This document shows, one piece after another, positions 18,738-28,024 of a stretch of DNA of 64,000 bases (position 1 is the stretch's first letter; each line of letters starts with the position of its first letter). The stretch comes from Candidatus Beckwithbacteria bacterium GW2011_GWC1_49_16 (GTDB lineage Bacteria; Patescibacteriota; Microgenomatia; UBA1400; CG1-02-47-37). The notes under the pieces were generated by a model. The model saw only the letters and a list, made by a program, of their open reading frames with translations. It was not told where the DNA came from and searched no databases. Location: the NCBI GenBank assembly GCA_001029675.1, contig CP011210.1:777280-841279 (forward strand). The letters are read 5' to 3'. A program made the translations under genes and the position numbers.

Positions 18738-19902
18738 CGATTTGTTTTTTAACCAAGGCTTTGAGTTTTTTTAAGTTTACCTTGTCGTCGGATTTTACAT
18801 AGACCCTGATCATAAACCGAGGCGATTTGGCCGGCTGGTGGGCAAACTTTCTCCTTCGCCCCAAAATGGGCAGGTGAATTTTCCGAAAGCCCTTGTCGAA
18901 CTGGGCGATGGCGGCGACGTCTTCCGGGGGCAATTTGAAGCTTTGGGCGATGGCGTCTGAAAGCCGACCGCTAAATCTAGTGTAATCGTACATCGAAGGG
19001 AACACCGGCGCGTCGACAGTCCGGTCAAAGCTGAAGACCTCTTGATAAAACTGCCAGTGATAAGCCCTGTGGATCAGTTTGGCGGTTTTGGGGTTTAAAC
19101 CTCTCAAGTAATGCAGCGCTCCATCGTCGGTTTTGAGAAAAAAGTTTTTGTCAAGCTCGCCGTTTCTGTGGGCAAAGTGAAGCGCCCGGGTGAGCATGGC
19201 GGCTGGGGCCAAGTTTTCCCGGCTGTAAAGATAGTTATAGACCTGGTGGCGGCAACGCTCCCAGGCTTTGATTTGGTCCAAGTACCTCCCGGATAAAACC
19301 AGCTGGCCGTTTTTTTGAAAGACGAAAGCTTTGACTAGTCTTTCCGGGCGGTAGTAGCTGCCGCTGGCCAGAAGCCCGACACTTTGGCCGAAGCGGAGGG
19401 TGTTGTCGAGATTGTCAAGGTCGATGCTGCCGTTGACTAAGTCTGACAGGGGTGGGTTTACACCTTCGATATAGCTTAAAATTGTATTTAAATTTCCCCC
19501 TTGGCTTCTGATCACTCTGCCAATCTCGGTGTTAACCAGAAGCTTACGAGAAAACTCTTCGTGGTTTTGACCGGTGAGGGCAATCTGGAAAGGCTCGGAC
19601 AGGTGGGAAAATGGCGGAGTGCCGATGTCGTGCAAGGTCGCGGCCAGGACGATGTTGACCGCCTCCTTTTTGATCCGCCAGTGGGCGGATTTGACTAAGA
19701 GTTTGGCGAGAAATCTTACTCCCCGACTGTGTTCGGCTTTGCTGGCGGCAACGCCGGTGGGCTGGACCCAAGTGGGAATGGCCGATAAAGACACCCGGTT
19801 TAAGCGGGCAAACTGGGGGGTTTGGTAGATCGCCAAGTCGTCGGGGGCAACTTCGCTTCTGCCGTAGATTCGATCGTAGTGGGTAAAAACGGCTTTTGCC
19901 AT
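18724..19902 (-). CDS. HD-domain phosphohydrolase (dNTPase-like)
   Basis: QFARL, EHSRGV, LHDIG..PFSH, DLDNLD. Confidence 0.87.
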   Translation of the reverse strand: MAKAVFTHYDRIYGRSEVAPDDLAIYQTPQFARLNRVSLSAIPTWVQPTGVAASKAEHSRGVRFLAKLLVKSAHWRIKKEAVNIVLAATLHDIGTPPFSHLSEPFQIALTGQNHEEFSRKLLVNTEIGRVIRSQGGNLNTILSYIEGVNPPLSDLVNGSIDLDNLDNTLRFGQSVGLLASGSYYRPERLVKAFVFQKNGQLVLSGRYLDQIKAWERCRHQVYNYLYSRENLAPAAMLTRALHFAHRNGELDKNFFLKTDDGALHYLRGLNPKTAKLIHRAYHWQFYQEVFSFDRTVDAPVFPSMYDYTRFSGRLSDAIAQSFKLPPEDVAAIAQFDKGFRKIHLPILGRRRKFAHQPAKSPRFMIRVYVKSDDKVNLKKLKALVKKQIATIG

Positions 19903-19909
19903 AAGGAAG

Positions 19910-20404
19910 TTATTTTACTATCTTTGGCCAACCAATCAAGGGCAGTTTTAAGGGTTTTATAAGATGGCGGCGGTAGAGGTTTAAAGTCTCGGCGTGGTCG
20001 AAGGCTATTTTCTCTGCCGGAGGCAGGGCGTCAAGCTTAAACCACTCCACCCGACTGATTTCTCCGTCCTGCTGGCCGACTTTTTTTATCGGAGTGGCCA
20101 GATAGACCAGAGCCACGTTCTGCCGATCTTCTCCTCGCCGCTTGGGGTTGTCGATCAGCCGAAACAACTCTTCAACCTTTACCTGGTAGCCGGTTTCCTC
20201 CAAGGTCTCGCGGGTGGCGGCTTCTGCCGCGGTTTCGTCGCGTTCTAAGTACCCGCCGGGCAAAGCCCACTTACCCGCTTCAAGCAGGGTGTCGTCTCCC
20301 CTTTTGACCAAAAGAATTTTGTCGGCCTTGACCACCAGCGTGTCCACTACCACGTGGCGGAGCTTGGTTGGCTGGTCGGAGTCTTCAAAGTAACAGGTGA
20401 TCAT
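19910..20404 (-). CDS. NUDIX hydrolase
   Basis: Nudix box [23 protein letters not shown]; AFDH. Confidence 0.92.
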   Translation of the reverse strand: MITCYFEDSDQPTKLRHVVVDTLVVKADKILLVKRGDDTLLEAGKWALPGGYLERDETAAEAATRETLEETGYQVKVEELFRLIDNPKRRGEDRQNVALVYLATPIKKVGQQDGEISRVEWFKLDALPPAEKIAFDHAETLNLYRRHLIKPLKLPLIGWPKIVK

Positions 20405-21498
20405 AACCCGTACCAGGAAAATTCCTGCTTCATAGTTTTTAAACCGTGGTTTAGCAAATCTCTCATGAATTTGTCTTCTTTAAAAGTGAGCTTTTTCTTT
20501 CTCAAGGTGATTTTGGAAACAAGATAACGCAGCCTTAAAAGATGAAACTTAGCCTCGTATTCTTTTGGTAGTGGCGAAATTTGCTGATAACCCCGCTTAA
20601 GATGTTCCAGGCGTTCCAAAGGAAAAAACAGGCTCCAGCAAGCAAAGTCGGCCATGGGGTCGCCGGAGTGGCATTCATCCCAATCTAAAACGGCGGTAAC
20701 TCGGCCATTTTGGGCCAGTTGGTTCCAGTCGGCCAGATCATTCTGGATTAAGACCGACCGCTTATAATCGAGTAAGGTTTTGTTAGCGGAGAAAATTTTG
20801 GAAATTTTTTTTCTTTGGGAGGGCGTGATAACTTGAGTCTTTTGTAAATAGTTGAGATTTTTAGTCAGAGCGGCGAGGACATGATCAGACCATTGAGGCT
20901 GAATGCCGACTAGTTGTTTTTTGGCTTTGGCGAGGCGATTGTCAAAAAAGCCAAAATTCTTGGTGTGGATGGTGTGAATTTTAGCCAGTAGTTTACCGGT
21001 ATCTTCGATTAACTTTTGATCCAGTTTTTTGGCAATCGGCCACATGTCTTTCATGTTTCTGCCCGGCAAGTACTCGGTCAACATATAGTCAAAATTAAAC
21101 TTGTCTCTTGTGTCGTCGATAAAGTAAGTTTTGTAGGCAGGCACTCCGACCTCTCTGGCTTTTTTGGCGGCGAGACTTTCGGCCCAAAAGTAGCCGTTTT
21201 TAACTTCCGGTGGGTGGCCGCGGAAAATTACCAAAGTGCCGTCGGCAAGCTTGGCCTTGATGACAACATTGACCGAACCAAAAGGAATCATCTCATAGAG
21301 CTTGACCGCCCTGGCTTTGCTTTTGGCTTTGCCAGCCTGAACCATGCCTGACTCTATCGCCTGTCTAGCCAGATCAGAATTAAAGTTTTGGTGCCGATCC
21401 AGAAAGACCTTTTTGGTTTCGGCCTCGTCAAATGGTCGATCTACCTGCCAGTAGAACATGCGGGAACGATCGACAGATTTTCCAAACTTGGCGTTCAT
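20401..21498 (-). CDS. Aminoglycoside phosphotransferase/choline kinase-like protein
   Basis: [13 protein letters not shown] (Brenner-like), [13 protein letters not shown]. Confidence 0.8.
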   Translation of the reverse strand: MNAKFGKSVDRSRMFYWQVDRPFDEAETKKVFLDRHQNFNSDLARQAIESGMVQAGKAKSKARAVKLYEMIPFGSVNVVIKAKLADGTLVIFRGHPPEVKNGYFWAESLAAKKAREVGVPAYKTYFIDDTRDKFNFDYMLTEYLPGRNMKDMWPIAKKLDQKLIEDTGKLLAKIHTIHTKNFGFFDNRLAKAKKQLVGIQPQWSDHVLAALTKNLNYLQKTQVITPSQRKKISKIFSANKTLLDYKRSVLIQNDLADWNQLAQNGRVTAVLDWDECHSGDPMADFACWSLFFPLERLEHLKRGYQQISPLPKEYEAKFHLLRLRYLVSKITLRKKKLTFKEDKFMRDLLNHGLKTMKQEFSWYGL

Positions 21499-22307
21499 TG
21501 GGCTAAAATTGGCCTTATCTTTCGAGCCAGTTTTTGAGCTAGTTCTTTATGACCCATGACCAGGGTGAATTCTGTGTCTTTGATGTTTTTGCGGCTAAAG
21601 TCAGGCGGTGGCGAAATAAACTCGACGTAGGTGTCGGTTTCGTAGGCCAAAAGCAAAATGCCGCCAATGTCCCAAATGCCCTGGTTGACCATTAAAGCGA
21701 CATGGCTTCTGCCCATAACCGCCATGACGCCGTCGCTGACGGTACAGCCGTAGTAGCGGGGAAAGACGGCCACCTGACCGATGGCCTCAAACAGCTTGAG
21801 CTTTAATGAGTTGGCCCCGACGCCGGTGTAGGTGGCAAAAAGCTGCCGGGGTAGCTTGGCTTGGCGGCGCGGTTTAATGGGGTGGTTGTTTTTGAAAACG
21901 CCGCCGGAGGCTGTGGCATAGAAGACCTCTTTTTGTATCGGCAAAGAGATCATGGTGTAGACGGGCTGATTAAAATGCCACAAGCCCAAGGAAATGGCAA
22001 AAACGGGCACCCGGTTGGCAAAGTTGTAGGTGCCGTCGATGGGATCGATGACCCAGTTGTATTCTTTGAGATTGACCTTGGCAGTCTCTTCGCCGACAAA
22101 GCCGACTTGGGGGAATTTTTGTTTCAGCTCGGTTTTGAATAGCTTTTCGATGTCGCGGTCTGCCTGGGTAACAACTGAAGTAGAGATTGACTCCCGGGGT
22201 TTGAATTCCTTTTTAATTCCCTGGTAAAAATATTTAACGGCCAATTTCTCGGCGCGGGCCATCAATGGCGTAACTTCTCGGTGGACTGATTTTAAATCAA
22301 GAGTCAT
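21495..22307 (-). CDS. Inositol monophosphatase family protein
   Basis: VTQAD, GEE, WVIDPIDGTYNF, WD. Confidence 0.88.
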   Translation of the reverse strand: MTLDLKSVHREVTPLMARAEKLAVKYFYQGIKKEFKPRESISTSVVTQADRDIEKLFKTELKQKFPQVGFVGEETAKVNLKEYNWVIDPIDGTYNFANRVPVFAISLGLWHFNQPVYTMISLPIQKEVFYATASGGVFKNNHPIKPRRQAKLPRQLFATYTGVGANSLKLKLFEAIGQVAVFPRYYGCTVSDGVMAVMGRSHVALMVNQGIWDIGGILLLAYETDTYVEFISPPPDFSRKNIKDTEFTLVMGHKELAQKLARKIRPILAQ

Positions 22308-22326
22308 GGGTCGATTATATAACAGC

Positions 22327-23484
22327 CTAGAGATAACTATACTTTTTGCTGATTTTGGTTTGGTAGAAAATCACGGCCGGGTAGATGAGCATCACCGAGC
22401 CTAAAAGGTAAAAAATCATTCTTGGGGGCGATTGAAAGGTAAAGTTAATCGCTATCAAACCTAGACCGATGATTCGGCCAAAATTTAAAAGAAATTCTCT
22501 TATGGCAAAGCCTCGAGTGCCTTGAGGATGGAGATCGACAAAGATCGAAGTGGAAAAATTCCAAAACAAAGGCATAAGGAATCTTACCAGGCCGGTAACG
22601 ACCAACCAGTAAGCCAAACTATTTAGAGCAGCGGGAAAGACAAAAGTAATTAAGGCTAAAGCAACGGTAATCGGATAAATAAATATCAGCCGTTTTTGGA
22701 GCTTGTCAGAGAGTCGCCCTAAAAGTAGGTTGGCTAACACGCTCATCAACGCCAGGTAGGCCAGATAAGTACCGTAGTAGAAGGGGGTAGTAATAAAATA
22801 GAGGCCAAAAATGGGAATGATGCCGAAAATAATTGCCTCCCAAATGCCTTCGAGAAGCAAGAGCAAGCGCATGGCCTTAATATAGCGCCAACCTGATTTA
22901 AGGCTGAAGTAAACGGTAAAGTTTTTTTGGAATTTAGTCAAATAAAAACTCAACCCAAAAAATAATGTGGCCAAAACCCAAACAATGTTGTAGCTAATTT
23001 CAGCTAAGGCGCCGGCAACTAGAGGAGCCGCCAGGCCAATAACAGGACCCAGGCTAAACATAATCGCCGAACTGAAACTGGTACGATGGCTAGGAGTAAG
23101 CTTAAAGTGGGCCGTGTTGTAGGCGGTCCAAAACAAGACGTTAGTTAAACCAGAGATAGAGGCAACCAGGTAAAACTGCCAAGGGCTTTTAATCTTGATG
23201 ATTAAAAGAATGAAGATAATCGCCGCGATTAAGGCCCAACGCCAAGAGACGCGAGCAGAAAGCTTTTTGAGTAAAAAAAGTATTAAGACGCCACCAGAAC
23301 ATAAAAATACCGTGCCGGTAATAATTTGCTGAATGGAAAGGCCTTGGTTTAAAAAATGAGGGGCTAGAACCGAATCGGTAAAACTTCTAAACCACAGGTA
23401 AGACAAATTAAAAATAATTAAAGATAGAAAGCTGCGCCGAAGCGGGCTAGAGGTGGATTGTTTTAGTCTCTCGAGTAATTTCAT
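22327..23484 (-). CDS. MFS-type transporter
   Basis: About 12 TM segments, GRLSDKLQKR motif A. Confidence 0.8.
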   Translation of the reverse strand: MKLLERLKQSTSSPLRRSFLSLIIFNLSYLWFRSFTDSVLAPHFLNQGLSIQQIITGTVFLCSGGVLILFLLKKLSARVSWRWALIAAIIFILLIIKIKSPWQFYLVASISGLTNVLFWTAYNTAHFKLTPSHRTSFSSAIMFSLGPVIGLAAPLVAGALAEISYNIVWVLATLFFGLSFYLTKFQKNFTVYFSLKSGWRYIKAMRLLLLLEGIWEAIIFGIIPIFGLYFITTPFYYGTYLAYLALMSVLANLLLGRLSDKLQKRLIFIYPITVALALITFVFPAALNSLAYWLVVTGLVRFLMPLFWNFSTSIFVDLHPQGTRGFAIREFLLNFGRIIGLGLIAINFTFQSPPRMIFYLLGSVMLIYPAVIFYQTKISKKYSYL

Positions 23485-24601
23485 CGATAATGGTATTAAT
23501 TTTAATCTTCTCTTCTATAAATTTTACTCTTTTGCTGTCGGCTTTGGTGGCGGGATGAGCGGAGATGATCGAGCAGCAGTCTTTGTAGGGGGCAATCGCG
23601 GCTGATTCCAGCCCCAAGTTTTTGACTAAATTGATCACTTCTTGTTTGTCGCTGCCGATCAGGGGTCGAAAAATGGGTAAGTTGACCGCTTGGTCGACGG
23701 CAACGATGTTTTCCATCGTCTGGGAGGCGACTTGACCCAAAGAATCGCCCAAGACCAAAGCTTGGTAGCCTAATTTTTGGGCCAACTTCTGGCCCACTCT
23801 GACCATCAAGCGCCGGAAAGTAACCAGCTCCTGGCGGGCGTCGCGACCGGCAAGGTCTAAAACGGCCATCTGAAAAGGAGTGTAGGCGGCCAGGTAAAGT
23901 TTTTGAGATAAAGTCCACGGCTTTAATCCGTCAACAATGGTTTTGATTTTGGAATCTAAGACTTTTTTGGGGTCGGCAAAGACGTGGAAGTGTAAGAAAT
24001 CGACTGTCGCTCCCCTTTTGGCCAGTAAATACGAGGCGACGATGGAATCAAAGCCACCGGAAACAAGCGATAGGACCTTGCCGGAGGTGCCGACCGGCAA
24101 GCCGCCGGCGCCGGGGATTTTTTGGTCAAAAACTAAGGCTTTTTTCTTGGCGGCGACGATATAAAGAGTTTTGTCGGGTTTTCCTAAATCAACTTTAAGG
24201 CTGGTTTTAACTCTAACAACCTCGCCTACTTTTCTTTCCAACTCTAAACTGGTAAAAGGCAAGTTTTTGTCTTGCCTTGCTGCCCTGACGGCAAAAGTGG
24301 CCACCTTTCTGTCCCAGCCGCCCGTCAACCTTACCGCCGCCTGCTTGATCTTACCCACCTGGCTGATAGTCTCTTTTACCGGGGCAAACCAGGCTATACC
24401 AAAGACTCTTTGCAGTTTCTCGAGGCTTTTATTAATTAAATTAGATTTAACGGTTAAGACAAGCTGCTTGTTTTGCCTGACCAGACGATAGCCGCCTTTT
24501 CCCAGGGCGGTTTTAATATTTAGGGCTAGCTGATCTTCGAATTTGCCTCGATTGCCACCCTTTAAGGCAATCTCGGCGTAGCGGATGAGGATTTGAGCCA
24601 T
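23447..24601 (-). CDS. thiI: tRNA 4-thiouridine synthase ThiI, short form without rhodanese domain
   Basis: RYAEIALKGGNR, THUMP domain, SGGFDS PP-loop, GQVASQT, DCC. Confidence 0.93.
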   Translation of the reverse strand: MAQILIRYAEIALKGGNRGKFEDQLALNIKTALGKGGYRLVRQNKQLVLTVKSNLINKSLEKLQRVFGIAWFAPVKETISQVGKIKQAAVRLTGGWDRKVATFAVRAARQDKNLPFTSLELERKVGEVVRVKTSLKVDLGKPDKTLYIVAAKKKALVFDQKIPGAGGLPVGTSGKVLSLVSGGFDSIVASYLLAKRGATVDFLHFHVFADPKKVLDSKIKTIVDGLKPWTLSQKLYLAAYTPFQMAVLDLAGRDARQELVTFRRLMVRVGQKLAQKLGYQALVLGDSLGQVASQTMENIVAVDQAVNLPIFRPLIGSDKQEVINLVKNLGLESAAIAPYKDCCSIISAHPATKADSKRVKFIEEKIKINTIIDEITRETKTIHL

Positions 24602-24603
24602 AA

Positions 24604-25023
24604 CTACCCCAAGCGTTCAATTAGTTCTTTGGGGTTAACTATTCTTGGTCTTTTGACTCGAGTTTTTAAACTAAGAATGTGCTTTTTATCCAAGCTAACC
24701 AAGTAATCCGCCTTAATATCTTGACAAGAGGCGAGAAGATGGGCGTCTCCGGGATCTGCCACTGTCTTTGATAATTTGTCAACAGACTTTAAGCCAGGGG
24801 CTGGATAAATTTTATTAAAAGCCAATAAACAATTTCTGAAATGCCGGCGAGAAACTTTAATCTTTGAGAGGTGGCGTCTGATTTCATCGAGAACAATTTC
24901 GCTAATGACGCCGTTAATTCTTCCTTGACTACCCCAGTTGATGAGTTTAGCCGAGCCACCAGATTTTGATCTTAAAGCGGCCAAAACTACCGAAGCGTTA
25001 AAAAAGACAACCGGCACTGACAT
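24604..25023 (-). CDS. PIN-domain toxin
   Basis: VFFNASV, DPGDAH, LVSLDKKH; coupled to the upstream AbrB gene. Confidence 0.82.
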   Translation of the reverse strand: MSVPVVFFNASVVLAALRSKSGGSAKLINWGSQGRINGVISEIVLDEIRRHLSKIKVSRRHFRNCLLAFNKIYPAPGLKSVDKLSKTVADPGDAHLLASCQDIKADYLVSLDKKHILSLKTRVKRPRIVNPKELIERLG

Positions 25024-25274
25024 TATTTTTTAGATTTTGTGCCTTTTTGCAGCTGGTCGTCAAAATCAAAAAAGTCTTTTAATTCCTCGTCGGTGTAACT
25101 TCTGACAGGATAAGGCAAAGTTCTAACCGGTTCCAGATAAATTCTACCCTTGTCTTCCTTAATCCTAATTAAACCATTTTCCTCAAGGCCATATTTAGCT
25201 CTAATCGCCTTGGGAACAGTCATGAGCCCTTTAGGCTGGAGTTTGACGATAGTCTCCAATGATTGCTTTTGCAT
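25023..25274 (-). CDS. AbrB/MazE/SpoVT-family antitoxin
   Basis: KGLMTVPKAIRAKYGL...GRIYLEP. Confidence 0.85.
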   Translation of the reverse strand: MQKQSLETIVKLQPKGLMTVPKAIRAKYGLEENGLIRIKEDKGRIYLEPVRTLPYPVRSYTDEELKDFFDFDDQLQKGTKSKK

Positions 25275-25281
25275 ATTTTCT

Positions 25282-25310
25282 ACTATATAGAAATTCTAAC
25301 TTTCTGTCAA
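25282..25310 (-). promoter_or_regulatory. Sigma70 promoter of the AbrB-PIN operon
   Basis: Minus-strand TTGACA (25305-25310), 17 nt, TATAGT (25282-25287), 7 nt, ATG; palindrome TAGAA-A-TTCTA in the spacer. Confidence 0.75.
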
Positions 25311-25349
25311 GTGTTTTTTCCCATCAACTGTAAGCTACAATATAGACAA

Positions 25350-25805
25350 ATGAATAAAATTCCCTTCACCCAGGCAGGCTTGTCTAAAGTTATCGCCGAA
25401 AGAGATAAGTTCACGGCCGAGCGGCCGGAGGCGGTGGCCCACTTGCAAAAAGCCCGGGAAATGGGCGATCTGTCCGAAAACGGCTATTATAAAGAGTCCC
25501 GGGCCCGTCTATCTTTTATCGACGGCCGGTTGAGGTACCTGGAACGGATCATTAAAGCGGCCGCGGTGGTTGCGCCGGTTGGCGGCGATACCATTGGTTT
25601 TGGCAGCCGGGTGAAGTTAAACGACGGGGTGAAAGAATTTGAATACACTCTGGTCGGTTCGTTTGAGTCCGATCCAACCAAAAAAACCATTTCCGCCCAG
25701 TCTCCTCTGGGCCAAGCCCTGATGGGCAAAAAAGTCGGCGACCAAGTGACGGTAACCACTCCCAAAGGCACGACCGGATATCAAATCCTCAACGTCAGCG
25801 CTTGA
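25350..25805 (+). CDS. greA: Transcription elongation factor GreA
   Basis: AREMGDLSENGYY, ISAQSPLGQALMG; ATG at 25350. Confidence 0.93.
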   Translation: MNKIPFTQAGLSKVIAERDKFTAERPEAVAHLQKAREMGDLSENGYYKESRARLSFIDGRLRYLERIIKAAAVVAPVGGDTIGFGSRVKLNDGVKEFEYTLVGSFESDPTKKTISAQSPLGQALMGKKVGDQVTVTTPKGTTGYQILNVSA

Positions 25806-27591
25806 AGTTTAAATCTTTTTTTCTTAACCGCAAATGATGCGGCGTCACTTCCAAAAGTTCGTCCGGACCGATGAAAGTTAAGTATTGCTCCAGGGACATT
25901 TTTAAGGCCGGGGCGATTTTAATGGTGGCGTCGGAGGTCGAAGCGCGCATATTGGTCAGCTGCTTGCCCTTACAGATATTAAAATACATATCTCCCTGGC
26001 GGTTATTGAGGCCGATAATCATGCCTTGGTAAACTTCTTCTCCGGGACTGACAAACGATGTCGCCCGCTCCTGAAGATGGGCAATGGCGTAGGCCAAAGC
26101 TTTGCCGGGCTCGCTGGCAACGACCGCGCCGCTTCTTTGCCACACCACCGCTTCTTCTTCCGGCTCATAGTCCCAAAAGACTGAGTTGACCACGCTCGCG
26201 CCCGAGGTTTTGGTTAAAAGTTCGCCCCGCAAGCCGATCAGGTTTTTGGTGGAGATTTTATATTCAAAGCGCACTCCGCTTTTGGCGGTCTGCATGTTGA
26301 CCATAGCTGCTTTTCTTTGACCCAGGCTGTTTAAAACCACGCCGTTATATTTTTCCGGCACTTCGAGGTACAGTTTTTCAAACGGCTCTAAAGTCTTTCC
26401 GCCTTCTTTTTTGTAAATCACCTGCGGCTGGGAAACGGAAAACTCGTAGCCTTCGCGGCGCATCGTCTCCACCAAAATCGACAAGTGCAGTTCGCCCCTG
26501 CCGGCGACGACAAAACTGTTACCCGAGGCGTCGGCTTCGATTTTGAGACTGATGTTAGTCTCGATTTCCTTCTTGAGCCTGGTCTGGATTTGTCGCGAAG
26601 TGGTCAACTTACCGTCTTTGGCCACCAAGGGTGAAGTCGATACAGACAGTTCGATTTTTAAAATCGGTTGGGTAATTTCCAACGGCGGCATTGGGTCTAA
26701 ATGCTCCGGGTCGGTCAAGGTGTCACCGATTTTGATTTCGGAAAAACCAGCCAGAGCGACGATCTCGCCCGCCGCCGCCAGGTCAATTGCCTGTTTTCTT
26801 AACCCCTGGAAAGTAAACAGATATTCGACGTTTCCCTGGCCCACCCGCTTATCGTCCCTGACAATGGCCAAACTCTGGCCAACCTTGATGGTGCCCCGGT
26901 TAATCCGGCCGATGGCGTAGCGGCCTTTATGGGCATCGTAATCCAGGGTAGTAATCTGCATCTGCGCCGGACCGCGTCGGTCACCCGGAGGCGCGGGGAT
27001 AGTTTTAATAATCGTTTCAAACAGCAGAGACAAATCTTTATCGTCTTTTAAATCCACGTTTTTGCCGACCACGCCGCGACGGCCGACGGCGTACAAAACC
27101 GGAAAATCGAGCTGATCCGAGTGCTCGACCAAGTCCAAAAACAGATCACTGATTTCGTCTAAGACTTTAGCGGCTCTTTGATCTTTGCGGTCGACTTTGT
27201 TGATGATCACGATCGGCTTTAACTTAAGTTTTAAGGCCAAAGACAAAACATAGCGGGTTTGCGACAACACCCCTTCGGCGGCATCTACCAAAAGCAAACA
27301 GCCCTCGGCCATGTTTAAAACCCGTTCGACTTCGCCGGAAAAATCGGCGTGGCCGGGGGTATCGATGATGTTAATTTTGTAACCTTGCCAGCTGATGGCC
27401 GTGTTTTTGGCCAAGATGGTCACACCCCGTTCGCGCTCCAACTCGGTGGAGTCGAGAATCATGTCCTGCTGCATTTGCGCCTCGTGGGCGGCAAAGGCGT
27501 GGGATTGCTTTAACAAATGATCAACCAGGGTAGTTTTGCCGTGGTCAACATGGGCGATGATGGCGATGTTTCTGATTTTGGCTTGATCCAT
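25795..27591 (-). CDS. typA: Translational GTPase TypA/BipA
   Basis: [34 protein letters not shown]. Confidence 0.96.
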   Translation of the reverse strand: MDQAKIRNIAIIAHVDHGKTTLVDHLLKQSHAFAAHEAQMQQDMILDSTELERERGVTILAKNTAISWQGYKINIIDTPGHADFSGEVERVLNMAEGCLLLVDAAEGVLSQTRYVLSLALKLKLKPIVIINKVDRKDQRAAKVLDEISDLFLDLVEHSDQLDFPVLYAVGRRGVVGKNVDLKDDKDLSLLFETIIKTIPAPPGDRRGPAQMQITTLDYDAHKGRYAIGRINRGTIKVGQSLAIVRDDKRVGQGNVEYLFTFQGLRKQAIDLAAAGEIVALAGFSEIKIGDTLTDPEHLDPMPPLEITQPILKIELSVSTSPLVAKDGKLTTSRQIQTRLKKEIETNISLKIEADASGNSFVVAGRGELHLSILVETMRREGYEFSVSQPQVIYKKEGGKTLEPFEKLYLEVPEKYNGVVLNSLGQRKAAMVNMQTAKSGVRFEYKISTKNLIGLRGELLTKTSGASVVNSVFWDYEPEEEAVVWQRSGAVVASEPGKALAYAIAHLQERATSFVSPGEEVYQGMIIGLNNRQGDMYFNICKGKQLTNMRASTSDATIKIAPALKMSLEQYLTFIGPDELLEVTPHHLRLRKKDLNFKR

Positions 27592-27662
27592 AAAGAGATG
27601 TTTGCATCAAAACTTGTATTATACTCCGGTTTGTTATAATTAGCTGACTTTATAGATTATTC

Positions 27663-27733
27663 TGCCGGGTGGTGAAATGGCATCACTGCTGGCTCTGAAC
27701 CAGCCATTCTAGGTTCGAATCCTAGCCCGGCAA
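27663..27733 (+). tRNA. tRNA-Gln(CTG), CCA not encoded
   Basis: Acceptor stem TGCCGGG/CCCGGCA, anticodon arm GCTGG-CTCTGAA-CCAGC, T arm CTAGG-TTCGAAT-CCTAG. Confidence 0.95.
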
Positions 27734-27745
27734 CCCCTCGACTAT

Positions 27746-28006
27746 ATGGCTTATTTTGTATATATCTTGCGAACCTCCGCAAACACTCTTTATATCGGCC
27801 AGACAAATAATTTGACAAAACGGCTTAAAGAGCATAAAGAAAAATCTAACAGGTCGGCAAGATATATCAGGTATTTTTCTTCTTTTGAACTGGTTTATAA
27901 AGAATCGCATCCTACCCGCGTCGAGGCAATGAAGAGAGAATGGCAACTGAAAAAATGGCCTCGAGCTAAAAAAGAAGCGTTGGTAAAGAAGAAGCTAAAA
28001 GCCTAG
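27746..28006 (+). CDS. Stand-alone GIY-YIG nuclease
   Basis: YFVYIL...LYIGQTNNL.KRL.EH...AMKREWQLK. Confidence 0.9.
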   Translation: MAYFVYILRTSANTLYIGQTNNLTKRLKEHKEKSNRSARYIRYFSSFELVYKESHPTRVEAMKREWQLKKWPRAKKEALVKKKLKA

Positions 28007-28024
28007 CTTTTCTTTGACGAAGAT
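27995..28024. repeat. 30-bp direct repeat, copy A (duplicate of the LUD gene 3' end)
   Basis: CTAAAAGCCTAGCTTTTCTTTGACGAAGAT, 28/30 identical to 33013-33042. Confidence 0.9.

Noticed and set aside
27746-28006. GIY-YIG as an intron-encoded homing endonuclease
   Set aside because: The tRNA is uninterrupted, the ORF is only 86 aa with no DNA-binding extension, and no intron structure is evident
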